A stretch of 64,000 nucleotides of DNA from the NCBI RefSeq assembly GCF_003334785.1, contig NZ_QOWV01000002.1; one strand, given 5' to 3'. Below are positions 31,401 to 41,417 of this stretch, in pieces. The first letter of the stretch is position 1. Each line of letters starts with the position of its first letter. Source of the DNA: Escherichia coli. Its GTDB lineage: Bacteria > Pseudomonadota > Gammaproteobacteria > Enterobacterales > Enterobacteriaceae. A program made the translations under genes and the position numbers. The notes under the pieces were generated by a model. That model made no database searches. It was not told where the DNA came from and worked only from the letters and a program-made list of their open reading frames with translations.

Positions 31401-32050
31401 CCTACCAACTCATTGGCTATTTCTGGTTTTTCCGGGAGGATCAGCGCAATAAAAGGGCGGCGAACTTTGGTTATTCCTGGTAGTGCGGCAATGAGTTTGT
31501 CGGCGCAACGCTGCCAGCAGCTTTCCTCTGCCAGAGAGAGATGCTTACGCAGTCGGAGATCGAATTCGTTATAGGTTTCTGAGCGATAACCATAGCCATA
31601 ATCCTCGTCCTGATACTGCAATGTCACTACCAGAGGATCACTCTCATAACACCGCGCAATAAACTGGCGTGCAATCACCACCTCAGTCGCATATTCCAGC
31701 CCCTCTTGTTGGACGATTTCGTCGAGCAACTGTTGGCTGTCATTTTGCGCGATACAGGCTAGCGCCGCCATTGTCCGGGCCGGGATTGAGGGTTTGTGTT
31801 CGCCGATCAAGTTGATGGCCTGCGTGATGGCGGACTGCCACTCCAGTGAAAAATTCTCATAACGCCAGACAATGTTTTTTTTCTTCTCAGCTTTTTGTAG
31901 CAATTCATCACCCAATGTCTGGATGAGACTTCCAGTGATAACGGACACTGGTTCGCCCGGCCAGCGACGATGACTGAGCGGCGTTTTGCCTTTTTTATAT
32001 TTCAGTTCCAGTTGGGCGTTATCCGCCAGCCACGGTAATTCCTTGTCCAT
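28418..32050 (-). CDS. yehI: large uncharacterised protein, paralog of MolR without the WGR N-domain
   Basis: 1210-aa ORF; shares long blocks with MolR, e.g. FDLRLRKHLSLAEESCWQRCADKLIAALP vs FELRLRKHLSLTEESLWQKCAQKLIAAIP. Confidence 0.85.
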   Translation of the reverse strand: MDKELPWLADNAQLELKYKKGKTPLSHRRWPGEPVSVITGSLIQTLGDELLQKAEKKKNIVWRYENFSLEWQSAITQAINLIGEHKPSIPARTMAALACIAQNDSQQLLDEIVQQEGLEYATEVVIARQFIARCYESDPLVVTLQYQDEDYGYGYRSETYNEFDLRLRKHLSLAEESCWQRCADKLIAALPGITKVRRPFIALILPEKPEIANELVGLECPRTHFHSKEWLKVVANDPTAVRKLEHYWSQDIFSDREASYMSHENHFGYAACAALLREQGLAAIPRLAMYAHKEDCGSLLVQINHPQVIRTLLLVADKNKPSLQRVAKYHKNFPHATLAALAELLALTEPPARPGYPIIEDKKLPAQQKARDEYWRTLLQTLMASQPQLAAEVMPWLSTQPQSVLKSYLSAPPKPVIDGTDNSNLPEILVSPPWRSKKKMTAPRLDLAPLELTPQVYWQPGEQERLAATEPARYFSTESLAQRMEQKSGRVVLQELGFGDDVWLFLNYILPGKLDAARNSLFVQWHYYQGRVEEILNGWNSPEAQLAEQALRSGHIEALINIWENDNYSHYRPEKSVWNLYLLAQLPREMALTFWLRINEKKHLFAGEDYFLSILGLDALPGLLLAFSHRPKETFPLILNFGATELALPVAHVWRRFAAQRDLARQWILQWPEHTASALIPLVFTKPSDNSEAALLALRLLYEQGHGELLQTVANRWQRTDVWSALEQLLKQGPMDIYPARIPKAPDFWHPAMWSRPRLITNNQPVTGDALEIIGEMLRFTQGGRFYSGLEQLKTFCQPQTLAAFAWDLFTAWQQAGAPAKDNWAFLALSLFGDESTARDLTTQILAWPQEGKSARAVSGLNILTLMNNDMALIQLHHISQRAKSRPLRDNAAEFLQVVAENRGLSQEELADRLVPTLGLDDPQALSFDFGPRQFTVRFDENLNPVIFDQQNVRQKSVPRLRADDDQLKAPEALTRLKGLKKDATQVSKNLLPRLEAALRTTRRWSLADFHSLFVNHPFTRLVTQRLIWGGYPANEPRRLLNAFRVAAEGEFCNAQDEPIDLPADALIGIAHPLEMAVEMRSEFAQLFADYEIMPPFRQLSRRTVLLTPDESTSNSLTRWEGKSATVGQLMGMRYKGWESGYEDTFVYDLGEYRLVLKFSPGFNHYNVDSKALMSCRSLRVYRDNKSVTFAELDVFDLSEALSAPDVIFH

Positions 32051-32059
32051 GCTCTTTCC

Positions 32060-35000
32060 TTATTCAAACAGGGCTTCAATATCGTTAATTAGCTCGCTGG
32101 CGGTGATGGCATCGATTACGGAGAACTGCGCTTCCTGTGTTGAATTACTCCCCCAGCCATATCTTTCTGCTTTGCCTTCCCATAGCCACAGCTTGCTTAA
32201 GAGCTGCTCAGCGCTGAGTTCGGCTGGCGACATGCCTACCGCAAAGCCTTCATCGATTTCCATGATTAACGACCAGCGACCCAAAGGTTTGATCATCCAT
32301 CCGATCCAGCCTCCATCCTGTGGTTCGCCCTTTATCCAGCCTTTATTCGCCAGCCCCATGACCCGACCACTCGGGCATTTTCTGCCTGCCCAGCGGGTCA
32401 GTTCACTGGCATTGCGCTCGGCTTCTGTCAGGGCGTAGCTGTTACGGTCGAGCTGGCGGAACGGTGGTAGCAGTTCGTAGTCGGCAAAAAGCTGACCAAA
32501 GGCGGCAGCATCCGTTGGTGATATTTCCAGAACGTGAGGAGTGCCGATAGAGATATCGCCTTCCGGCAGGGTGAAAAGATCATCGTCAGCGGTGCTGGAG
32601 CTGTTATCTTCTGCTACGCGAAAGCAAGCCAGTAGCTGGTTTTCGGCGCTATAAACGCCCCAAATCAGACGGCGGGTTAAGTGACGAACCAGCGGATGCT
32701 CAACCAGGAAGAGCTGGAAGTTTTCCAGCGACCAGCGGCGGCGCAGGCACATGGCGGATTCCAGCCTTGCTACCTGCTGGGCGGCGATGGTACGCGCATC
32801 TTTTTTCAGCAATTTGTAGCGGTTAACCGCATCGTTCGCCCGCGTTTCATCATCGCTTTTGTTCGGTTTGGGCAGGTCTTTCAGGCGGCTGCCGGAAACA
32901 TCACGCACAAACGGTTTTAAGGTTTCATCAAAGCTGACGGTGAACTGCCGTGGGCCAAAATCCAGCAGCAGCGAACCGTTATCATCCAGACCGAGATCCG
33001 GTGCTAACCGATCTTCAAGCTCCGCCACCGTGAGTTCGCGGCTCTCGGCAATGTCGGCAATTTTTTCTTTTGCCCGCTCCTGTAATGCTTTGAATTTCAG
33101 TTTCTGGGCGATGCCGTTAAGCTGCATAAGGGCGATATCACTACCGATAGCAGCGAGAATATCCAACCCAACGGTGGCGCGTTTATGCTGGGATTCACCA
33201 GGCCAGGCGCGTATTAATGGCGTCAGTTTGCGGGCGGTGTCATCGTTACCGAGAACGCCTAACGCAGTGAACGCCCAACTCTCTTTCGACGGCGCGCCAG
33301 CGGTCTGCCAGGCGGTAAACAGATCCCAGGCAAATCCCGCCAGTGAGTCGGCGGAACAGACGTCTTTCACCTGCAATAATCCCGGATACAGAGCCTCTTC
33401 CTGAGGGAAGCGGAGCATTTCACCGAGGTGGAGGAGGGCGCTATCTGGCAGTGATTGGGCATTTGCTTTTAATACCGGGCGCGTCCAGAGCGATGGCTGA
33501 TAAAAGGCCGGAAGAGTGGGGATTTTTGTCGGGTGATTATCTAAGGGATCGAGCGCAAGCAGAGCGTTCACCGCATCGGTTACTTCCGGCTGGTTATAAC
33601 GTCGGGCGATTTCTTGCAGTAATGGCTGATGACCGTTTTCGGTAAGCATACGCAAGGCAGCGCGGGCGTTATCCTGTGCTTCACCGGCTTTGCCGAGCGC
33701 CGCAGGCAGCAGGCCGGTAAGGGCATGTTCCGGGTATTTCAACAGCCAGCTACGGGCGTTTTCGCGTAGCGTTTTCAGTTTGTTGAAGGCACGGGCGACG
33801 GCAGGAGCCAGCTCACTCGCTGCGAAGTAATTCGTGATGGGCAAGGCTTCTTGTGGATAGCGTGCAAGTGAGTTTACTAACCCAGGTAACCCTTTGAGTC
33901 CAAAATGTAACATGGAGTATTCGGTATCGGTATGTGGAGATAGGGTAAGGGCATTCCATGCTTTTACTGCTTTCTCCAGCGGCAATGTTGTCAAAATCCC
34001 CAACTGCCAATAATGCCCGGTAGGTGAATGAAACACCTTAAATTCACTTAGTAAGGTTGAATAATCTTCATTTAGCCATGCCTCAACTACCGCTTCGGGA
34101 GCTTTAATATATGTACCAGCGATCCGTCGTTGAAAACCCATCCTTGCCAACAGGTTGGTAGTACTTTCTTCATGGCTAACCGTGATGTGTTTTGAATACC
34201 AGATATATTTCGCCAAAAGTTGATTACTGATTTCTTCTGTCAGATAACAGATTGGCTCAATGCCTAATGGCGCTAAATCCAGCACCGGAATCGGCGATTT
34301 TTTCTTTTTCGAAAGCCAGGGAGGGGAGACTACTACGGCTGGCAGTAGATCGGCGCTGGCATGGTTTGAGGGCTGTGTCAGTTGTTGCTGGCATGATTTC
34401 AGTACGGCAACTGCGGGTGTCGAGAGCCAGGGAATGACCTGTTCTGCCAGTGCTGGTTGTGAGATAAGCATTGTCATTAGCATAATGCGCCAACTGTTCT
34501 CTTCTTTTTGCCCAAGAAGTTCCGTCAGTGCCGCCATTGCTGCATGTGGGAACGCAGCAATGGCTTTCGTCATCCGATCGTGACAGCGTTTAGTTTGCCC
34601 GGCTACACGTATAAGCAGTGTCAATGCGAACGGATGATTGATATGACGCAACACATCGGCGCAGTAGTCACTTGCGGCATAGGGAGCAAATCGGGGCAGG
34701 GCTGCAACACCTTGCTCCTGTAATACGGTGGCTGACCATATCGCACCACAATAGTAATCATCAAAAATGGCATATGGTTCGTGATATTTTTCTAATGAGG
34801 CAAGAATGTGCTCATCAGTCGCCACTATTTTTAACCACTCAAGCGAGGGTAATTTTTTTTGCCCCAGTAGACGCTGGGCAATTTCATGTGCAATTTCTGG
34901 TTTTTCGGGTAATAACAAAGCAATTAATGGTTGCCGCCATTCTGGAATATGTGGAATTGCGGCAATAAGTTTTTGTGCACATTTTTGCCAGAGAGACTCT

Positions 35001-35854
35001 TCCGTCAGTGATAAATGTTTACGTAGGCGTAATTCAAATCTGGAATATTGCTCCAAGTAGCTAGGTGCAATGCCAGACGGCAGAATAATAATGACATTAT
35101 TCGCATAATCCCATTCAATATCAATCTGTTGAAGGTGTATTATTACATCAGTAGCATATTCCAGACCGCCTTCCTGGACGATCTGATCCATAACATCCTC
35201 ACGCACTTTATATCTTGTGCATTTCATTTCAAGTGCCGTGAGTACAGCCATTACTGGTGATGGTAACTGTGTTGTTTTCAGGCCGTCGATCTGACTGATC
35301 GCCTGGGCGACGGTGTTTTGCCATTCTAAAGAACAGGCGCTGAAGTCAAATGTGGCTGTTTTATTATCCCGTTGCGACACACTACAGGCTAAGCGACGTA
35401 ATTGGGTCAATTTGTCTGCTTGCTGAACAGGAACTCCGGGAAAGCGGCGATGACTTAACGTGGTGTGTACAACTTCGGGCGGAAAAACGACAGCAATATC
35501 TTTCGCCAGCCACGGTAAAACAGCATCTGTATTTTTGTCAGGCGCACGGGTTTCTGCTACGAAAGAGGGTTGTTCCTGAATAATGGTGGATAAGTCCGCT
35601 ACCTTGAGAGAGCCCGTTACCGTTTGGGAAGGTTGCAAAGAATTATCCTTCGCTTGCTCCACATACCCCTTCTTCACCTTCTCCGCAATCAGCTTAAGTT
35701 CCGCTTTTTCCGCTGCCGCAGCATCTGAAAAACTTTTTATCTGACTTTGCCCTTTGGTGCCAACTTTTCCCCAACTGATATGCAACTCGTTTCCCTGTTG
35801 CTCCACCGCCCAGAATTTATGTGATTTTTCGTCCTGATAGATAAAGTGTCTCAT
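32060..35854 (-). CDS. molR: WGR-domain protein (annotated historically as molybdate metabolism regulator), intact 1264 aa
   Basis: N-terminal WGR-like motif FWAVEQQGNELHISWGKVGTKGQ; remainder paralogous to YehI; single uninterrupted frame. Confidence 0.8.
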   Translation of the reverse strand: MRHFIYQDEKSHKFWAVEQQGNELHISWGKVGTKGQSQIKSFSDAAAAEKAELKLIAEKVKKGYVEQAKDNSLQPSQTVTGSLKVADLSTIIQEQPSFVAETRAPDKNTDAVLPWLAKDIAVVFPPEVVHTTLSHRRFPGVPVQQADKLTQLRRLACSVSQRDNKTATFDFSACSLEWQNTVAQAISQIDGLKTTQLPSPVMAVLTALEMKCTRYKVREDVMDQIVQEGGLEYATDVIIHLQQIDIEWDYANNVIIILPSGIAPSYLEQYSRFELRLRKHLSLTEESLWQKCAQKLIAAIPHIPEWRQPLIALLLPEKPEIAHEIAQRLLGQKKLPSLEWLKIVATDEHILASLEKYHEPYAIFDDYYCGAIWSATVLQEQGVAALPRFAPYAASDYCADVLRHINHPFALTLLIRVAGQTKRCHDRMTKAIAAFPHAAMAALTELLGQKEENSWRIMLMTMLISQPALAEQVIPWLSTPAVAVLKSCQQQLTQPSNHASADLLPAVVVSPPWLSKKKKSPIPVLDLAPLGIEPICYLTEEISNQLLAKYIWYSKHITVSHEESTTNLLARMGFQRRIAGTYIKAPEAVVEAWLNEDYSTLLSEFKVFHSPTGHYWQLGILTTLPLEKAVKAWNALTLSPHTDTEYSMLHFGLKGLPGLVNSLARYPQEALPITNYFAASELAPAVARAFNKLKTLRENARSWLLKYPEHALTGLLPAALGKAGEAQDNARAALRMLTENGHQPLLQEIARRYNQPEVTDAVNALLALDPLDNHPTKIPTLPAFYQPSLWTRPVLKANAQSLPDSALLHLGEMLRFPQEEALYPGLLQVKDVCSADSLAGFAWDLFTAWQTAGAPSKESWAFTALGVLGNDDTARKLTPLIRAWPGESQHKRATVGLDILAAIGSDIALMQLNGIAQKLKFKALQERAKEKIADIAESRELTVAELEDRLAPDLGLDDNGSLLLDFGPRQFTVSFDETLKPFVRDVSGSRLKDLPKPNKSDDETRANDAVNRYKLLKKDARTIAAQQVARLESAMCLRRRWSLENFQLFLVEHPLVRHLTRRLIWGVYSAENQLLACFRVAEDNSSSTADDDLFTLPEGDISIGTPHVLEISPTDAAAFGQLFADYELLPPFRQLDRNSYALTEAERNASELTRWAGRKCPSGRVMGLANKGWIKGEPQDGGWIGWMIKPLGRWSLIMEIDEGFAVGMSPAELSAEQLLSKLWLWEGKAERYGWGSNSTQEAQFSVIDAITASELINDIEALFE

Positions 35855-35953
35855 TCTGCATCCCTGTAATTTTATCCAGTTGAATGCAGATGCTACCAGT
35901 ATTTATGCGGGTTAGAGAGAGACAAAATCGCAAGAAAACAACTTTAGGAATTT

Positions 35954-35985
35954 ATAAAGAAAAGGCGCTGTCGATGCAGCGCCTT
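35954..35985 (-). terminator. rho-independent terminator of metG
   Basis: Stem aaggcgctg-catcgac-agcgcctt with a minus-strand U-rich tail, 10 nt downstream of the metG stop. Confidence 0.65.
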
Positions 35986-35994
35986 GAAGGGGGA

Positions 35995-38028
35995 TTATTT
36001 CACCTGATGACCCGGTTTAGCACCAGCATCCGGGCTTAGCAGGAAGATATCTTTCCCGCCTGGACCGGCAGCCATCACCATGCCTTCGGAGATTCCAAAG
36101 CGCATTTTACGTGGTGCCAGGTTAGCCACCATAATGGTGTGACGACCAATCAGTGCCTGCGGATCCGGGTAGGCAGAACGAATACCGGAGAAGACATTGC
36201 GTTTTTCACCGCCGAGATCCAGTGTCAGGCGCAGCAGTTTGTCAGAACCTTCAACAAACTCTGCGTTTTCGATCAGCGCTACGCGCAGGTCAACTTTGGC
36301 GAAGTCGTCAAAGGTGATGGTTTCCTGAATCGGATCATCTGCCAGTGGGCCAGTAACTGGCGCGGCAGCTGCTTTCACTTCTTCTTTAGAGGCTTCCACC
36401 AGAGCTTCAACCTGTTTCATATCGATGCGGTTATACAGCGCCTTGAACGGATTCACTTTGTGGCCCAGCAGCGGTTGCTGGATACCATCCCAGGTCAGTT
36501 CCGTATTGAGGAAGGCTTCTGCACGCTCGGTCAGTTTCGGCAGTACCGGCTTCAGGTAAGTCATCAGCACGCGGAACAGGTTGATGCCCATTGAGCAAAT
36601 CGCCTGCAGGTCAGCATCGCGACCTTCCTGTTTTGCGACTACCCACGGAGCCTGTTCATCGACATAGCGGTTAGCCAGATCAGCCAGCGCCATGATTTCG
36701 CGCACAGCTTTACCAAATTCACGGCTTTCCCACGCTTCACCAATCACTTCAGCGGCATCAGTGAAGGTTTTGTACAACTGCGGGTCAGCCAGTTCGTTTG
36801 CCAGCACGCCGTCAAAACGTTTGTTGATAAAGCCCGCGTTACGGGAGGCCAGGTTAACCACTTTGTTAACGATATCGGCATTCACGCGCTGAACGAAATC
36901 CTCCAGGTTGAGATCGATATCATCAATGCGCGAAGAGAGTTTCGCAGTGTAGTAGTAACGCAGGCTGTCAGCGTCAAAATGATTCAGCCAGGTGCTGGCT
37001 TTAATAAAGGTGCCGCGAGACTTGGACATCTTCGCGCCGTTCACCGTCACATAGCCATGAACAAACAGGTTGGTCGGCTTGCGGAAGTTGCTGCCTTCCA
37101 GCATGGCAGGCCAGAACAGGCTGTGGAAGTAAACGATATCTTTACCGATGAAGTGGTACAGCTCGGCGGTGGAGTCTTTCTTCCAGTATTCATCGAAGCT
37201 TACGCTGTCGCCGCGCTTGTCGCACAGATTCTTGAAAGAACCCATGTAGCCAATCGGTGCGTCCAGCCAGACGTAGAAATATTTGCCCGGCGCGTTCGGA
37301 ATTTCAAAACCAAAGTATGGCGCGTCGCGGGAGATATCCCACTGTTGCAGGCCGGATTCAAACCACTCCTGCATTTTATTTGCCACCTGCTCCTGCAACG
37401 CACCGCTGCGGGTCCATGCCTGCAACATTTCGCTGAAAGAGGGCAGATCAAAGAAGAAGTGTTCAGAATCACGCATTACCGGCGTAGCGCCAGAAACCAC
37501 CGATTTCGGCTCGATCAATTCAGTCGGGCTGTAGGTCGCGCCGCAGACTTCGCAGTTATCGCCGTATTGATCCGGGGATTTACATTTCGGGCAGGTGCCT
37601 TTCACAAAACGGTCCGGCAGGAACATGCCTTTTTCCGGATCGTACAGCTGAGAGATGGTGCGGTTTTTAATAAAACCGTTCTCTTTCAGGCGAGAGTAGA
37701 TAAGTTCTGACAACTGGCGGTTCTCTTCGCTGTGCGTCGAGTGATAGTTGTCATAGCTGATGTTAAAGCCTGCGAAATCAGTCTGATGCTCCTGACTCAT
37801 TTCGCCAATCATCTGCTCCGGGGTGATACCAAGCTGCTGAGCTTTCAGCATGATCGGTGTACCGTGGGCATCGTCGGCGCAGATGAAGTTGACCTCGTGG
37901 CCGCGCATTCGCTGGTAACGGACCCAGACATCAGCCTGGATGTGCTCCAGCATATGGCCGAGGTGGATTGAGCCGTTAGCGTACGGCAGTGCGCACGTCA
38001 CCAGAATTTTCTTCGCGACTTGAGTCAT
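35995..38028 (-). CDS. metG: methionyl-tRNA synthetase
   Basis: Start at [31 protein letters not shown]... (677 aa); class I HIGH motif seen. Confidence 0.97.
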   Translation of the reverse strand: MTQVAKKILVTCALPYANGSIHLGHMLEHIQADVWVRYQRMRGHEVNFICADDAHGTPIMLKAQQLGITPEQMIGEMSQEHQTDFAGFNISYDNYHSTHSEENRQLSELIYSRLKENGFIKNRTISQLYDPEKGMFLPDRFVKGTCPKCKSPDQYGDNCEVCGATYSPTELIEPKSVVSGATPVMRDSEHFFFDLPSFSEMLQAWTRSGALQEQVANKMQEWFESGLQQWDISRDAPYFGFEIPNAPGKYFYVWLDAPIGYMGSFKNLCDKRGDSVSFDEYWKKDSTAELYHFIGKDIVYFHSLFWPAMLEGSNFRKPTNLFVHGYVTVNGAKMSKSRGTFIKASTWLNHFDADSLRYYYTAKLSSRIDDIDLNLEDFVQRVNADIVNKVVNLASRNAGFINKRFDGVLANELADPQLYKTFTDAAEVIGEAWESREFGKAVREIMALADLANRYVDEQAPWVVAKQEGRDADLQAICSMGINLFRVLMTYLKPVLPKLTERAEAFLNTELTWDGIQQPLLGHKVNPFKALYNRIDMKQVEALVEASKEEVKAAAAPVTGPLADDPIQETITFDDFAKVDLRVALIENAEFVEGSDKLLRLTLDLGGEKRNVFSGIRSAYPDPQALIGRHTIMVANLAPRKMRFGISEGMVMAAGPGGKDIFLLSPDAGAKPGHQVK

Positions 38029-38159
38029 AGTAGGCATTACTTCTTAATAGTGAAAAGGGGTTAGATAGTACCAAATGGGAAAATGTTAAGTAAGTACTTC
38101 TCTATATTCTTCAGGTAAACTATCAGCTGATGGTTTATCTATACAAAAAAGGAGTCGGG

Positions 38160-39269
38160 ATGAACGAACAATCCCAGGCCAAATCACCAGAAGCCTTGCG
38201 CGCAATGGTCGCCGGGACACTGGCCAATTTTCAGCACCCAACCCTGAAGCATAACCTCACCACGCTGAAAGCGTTGCACCATGTCGCCTGGATGGACGAC
38301 ACGTTGCATGTGGAACTGGTTATGCCGTTTGTCTGGCATAGCGCGTTCGAAGAGTTAAAAGAGCAATGTAGCGCCGAACTGCTGCGCATCACCGGGGCGA
38401 AAGCTATCGACTGGAAACTGTCGCATAACATAGCCACTCTGAAACGCGTGAAGAATCAGCCGGGAATTAACGGTGTGAAGAACATTATCGCGGTGAGTTC
38501 CGGTAAAGGCGGCGTGGGTAAATCGTCCACGGCGGTAAACCTGGCACTGGCGCTGGCGGCAGAAGGGGCGAAAGTCGGCATTCTGGACGCCGATATCTAC
38601 GGCCCATCAATCCCAACAATGTTGGGCGCAGAAAATCAGCGTCCAACTTCGCCGGACGGTACCCATATGGCACCGATTATGTCTCATGGCCTGGCAACCA
38701 ATTCAATTGGTTATCTGGTCACTGACGACAATGCGATGGTGTGGCGTGGACCGATGGCGAGCAAGGCGTTAATGCAGATGTTGCAGGAAACCTTGTGGCC
38801 GGATCTCGACTATCTGGTGCTTGATATGCCGCCAGGCACCGGTGACATTCAATTGACGCTGGCGCAAAACATTCCAGTAACCGGTGCAGTCGTGGTCACC
38901 ACCCCGCAGGACATCGCGCTGATCGATGCGAAAAAAGGCATTGTGATGTTCGAGAAAGTCGAGGTTCCGGTGCTCGGTATTGTCGAGAACATGAGTGTGC
39001 ATATTTGCAGTAACTGTGGTCACCATGAACCGATTTTCGGTACCGGTGGTGCAGAGAAACTGGCTGAAAAATACCATACACAGCTGCTGGGGCAGATGCC
39101 GTTACACATCTCCTTACGTGAGGATCTCGATAAAGGTACGCCAACGGTTATCAGCCGTCCGGAGAGCGAATTTACCGCTATCTACCGCCAGCTGGCTGAC
39201 CGCGTTGCAGCTCAGCTCTACTGGCAGGGTGAAGTCATTCCAGGCGAGATTTCCTTCCGCGCGGTCTAA
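38160..39269 (+). CDS. apbC: Fe-S cluster carrier ATPase (Mrp/ApbC)
   Basis: Start at MNEQSQAKSPEALRAMVAG... (369 aa); P-loop GKGGVGKSST and CxxC (CSNCGHH) seen. Confidence 0.93.
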   Translation: MNEQSQAKSPEALRAMVAGTLANFQHPTLKHNLTTLKALHHVAWMDDTLHVELVMPFVWHSAFEELKEQCSAELLRITGAKAIDWKLSHNIATLKRVKNQPGINGVKNIIAVSSGKGGVGKSSTAVNLALALAAEGAKVGILDADIYGPSIPTMLGAENQRPTSPDGTHMAPIMSHGLATNSIGYLVTDDNAMVWRGPMASKALMQMLQETLWPDLDYLVLDMPPGTGDIQLTLAQNIPVTGAVVVTTPQDIALIDAKKGIVMFEKVEVPVLGIVENMSVHICSNCGHHEPIFGTGGAEKLAEKYHTQLLGQMPLHISLREDLDKGTPTVISRPESEFTAIYRQLADRVAAQLYWQGEVIPGEISFRAV

Positions 39270-39298
39270 CGCCTATTAACCATTCTGGTTATTCTTCA

Positions 39299-39340
39299 TA
39301 CACCGCAGAGATGTTACATTGATGCGGTGTATTAGTTTTT
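39299..39340 (+). terminator. rho-independent terminator of apbC
   Basis: tacaccgcagagatgttacattgatgcggtgta hairpin followed by ttagttttt. Confidence 0.65.
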
Positions 39341-39531
39341 GCCGCATTAATGAACACTTATTTAATACTGCGAATATTCTGCGGACCTTCGTCCGAAACT
39401 CTACAAAGTCGATTGATCATACAGGCAATGCTTCATTATCATCCTTCGTGGCTGTGTAGTGGATGTACAGCTATAGTTTGTTATGCACTCATTCTATCCA
39501 GGCATAACCTTTACTACAGGGATAACGTTCA

Positions 39532-39813
39532 ATGAATAAGTATTGGCTGTCAGGAATTATTTTTCTTGCCTATGGATTGGCTTCTCCCGCATTCTCTTCA
39601 GAGACTGCCACATTAGCGATTAATGGCAGGATCAGTCCCCCAACATGCAGTATGGCTATGGTTAATGGTCAACCTCAACAGCATTGTGGTCAGTTAACGT
39701 ATAATGTTGACACCCGTCATCTGTTTTCTTCGCCCGTCAAAGGTGTAACGACAGAAGTGGTTGTTGCAGGTAGCGATAGCAAACGTCGAATCGTGTTAAA
39801 TCGCTACGATTAA
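39532..39813 (+). CDS. yehE: small secreted protein upstream of the yeh fimbrial genes
   Basis: 93-aa ORF with N-terminal signal peptide (…GLASPAFSSE). Confidence 0.8.
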   Translation: MNKYWLSGIIFLAYGLASPAFSSETATLAINGRISPPTCSMAMVNGQPQQHCGQLTYNVDTRHLFSSPVKGVTTEVVVAGSDSKRRIVLNRYD

Positions 39814-39842
39814 TTTGGCAACCTGATTTTAATTGCATTTAG

Positions 39843-39881
39843 AAAGCCGAAATCATTTATATAAATGATTTCGGCTTTTTT
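39843..39881. terminator. palindromic hairpin terminator after yehE
   Basis: gccgaaatcatttatataaatgatttcggc perfect palindrome followed by a T-run. Confidence 0.7.
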
Positions 39882-40105
39882 ATTGATATCAACAATACCA
39901 TTTACATAAATCTACATTAATTGATAGATGCGATAAATAGTTAATACTCTTAAATATTTGTTGTATTTATATTGCAATGGTTAATTTGTTTTAAATCAAT
40001 AAAACAATGTGTTTACATTGCGGCAACTTTTTTGATGTGAGAAATTTGTTTCCAAGAGATACAGACTCTTAACAACCAAAAATAAATTTTATTAAGGAAC
40101 ATATT

Positions 40106-40648
40106 ATGAAACGTTCAATTATTGCTGTCGCTGTCTTTTCTTCTTTTTTTATGAGCGCTGGAGTATTTGCTGCAGACGTTGATACCGGAACATTAACTAT
40201 TAAGGGGAATATTGCACAATCTCCGTGTAAATTCGAAGCGGGTGGTGATTCAGTAAGTATTAATATGCCGACTGTACCAACCAGTGTCTTTGAAGGTAAA
40301 GCTAAATATTCTACCTATGATGATGCAGTCGGTGTAACCAGCAGCATGTTAAAAATTAGCTGCCCGAAAGAAGTTGCTGGTGTAAAACTCTCGTTGATTA
40401 CCAACGATAAAATAACCGGTAACGATAAGGCGATAGCCAGTAGTAACGATACCGTGGGTTACTATCTCTATTTAGGTGATAACAGCGATGTCCTGGATGT
40501 TTCTGCACCTTTTAACATTGAGAGTTATAAAACAGCGGAAGGTCAATATGCTATTCCGTTTAAAGCAAAATACCTGAAACTGACAGATAACTCAGTGCAA
40601 TCAGGTGATGTGTTATCTTCTCTGGTTATGCGTGTGGCGCAGGATTAA
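40106..40648 (+). CDS. yehD: fimbrial major subunit (chaperone-usher type)
   Basis: 180-aa ORF with signal peptide (…SAGVFAADVD) and fimbrial-subunit-like sequence; preceded by an AT-rich region. Confidence 0.88.
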   Translation: MKRSIIAVAVFSSFFMSAGVFAADVDTGTLTIKGNIAQSPCKFEAGGDSVSINMPTVPTSVFEGKAKYSTYDDAVGVTSSMLKISCPKEVAGVKLSLITNDKITGNDKAIASSNDTVGYYLYLGDNSDVLDVSAPFNIESYKTAEGQYAIPFKAKYLKLTDNSVQSGDVLSSLVMRVAQD

Positions 40649-40727
40649 TAAATAAAATTGTAAGTTTCTCCAGGTAATAAACATGGCCGCTATCCCATGG
40701 CGGCCTTTTAATTTAAGAGGCATTAAA

Positions 40728-41402
40728 ATGAAAGGATTATTATCTTTACTCATTTTTTCTATGGTCCTTCCTGCACATGCCGGAATTGTTATCTACGGGA
40801 CGCGCATTATTTACCCGGCAGAAAATAAAGAAGTGATGGTGCAGTTGATGAACCAGGGAAACCGTTCTTCGCTGCTGCAGGCGTGGATTGATGATGGCGA
40901 TACGTCATTACCACCAGAAAAAATTCAGGTTCCTTTCATGTTAACGCCACCAGTGGCAAAAATAGGGGCAAATTCCGGGCAGCAAGTAAAAATCAAAATT
41001 ATGCCGAATAAACTGCCCACTAATAAAGAAAGCATTTTTTATCTGAATGTTCTGGATATTCCACCAAATAGTCCAGAGCAAGAAGGTAAGAATGCACTGA
41101 AGTTTGCGATGCAAAACAGAATTAAGTTGTTTTACCGGCCAGCGGGTATTGCTCCGGTAAATAAAGCGACATTTAAAAAATTGCTGGTAAATCGCAGTGG
41201 CAATGGTTTGGTGATAAAAAATGACTCAGCTAATTGGGTGACGATTTCGGATGTCAAAGCTAATAATGTCAAAGTCAATTATGAAACTATTATGATTGCC
41301 CCCTTAGAAAGTCAGAGTGTTAATGTCAAAAGTAATAATGCAAATAACTGGCATCTGACCATTATCGATGACCATGGCAACTATATTAGTGACAAAATTT
41401 AA
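40728..41402 (+). CDS. yehC: periplasmic fimbrial chaperone (PapD-like)
   Basis: Start placed at MKGLLSLLIFSMVLPAHAG signal peptide; the track ORF begins 45 nt upstream (40683), so the true start is uncertain. Confidence 0.8.
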   Translation: MKGLLSLLIFSMVLPAHAGIVIYGTRIIYPAENKEVMVQLMNQGNRSSLLQAWIDDGDTSLPPEKIQVPFMLTPPVAKIGANSGQQVKIKIMPNKLPTNKESIFYLNVLDIPPNSPEQEGKNALKFAMQNRIKLFYRPAGIAPVNKATFKKLLVNRSGNGLVIKNDSANWVTISDVKANNVKVNYETIMIAPLESQSVNVKSNNANNWHLTIIDDHGNYISDKI

Positions 41403-41417
41403 TTGCAGGAGCTGCCT

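Noticed and set aside
29463-34968. Numerous 60-180-aa ORFs on the plus strand within yehI and molR
   Set aside because: All are embedded antisense within the two very long minus-strand genes; none has features of a real gene.
36139-37710. Plus-strand ORFs (151 and 243 aa) inside metG
   Set aside because: Antisense to the unambiguous methionyl-tRNA synthetase gene.
40683-40727. Upstream extension of yehC (MAAIPWRPFNLRGIK...)
   Set aside because: The downstream Met begins a canonical signal peptide, which the extension would bury; the true start is unverified and the longer ORF remains possible.
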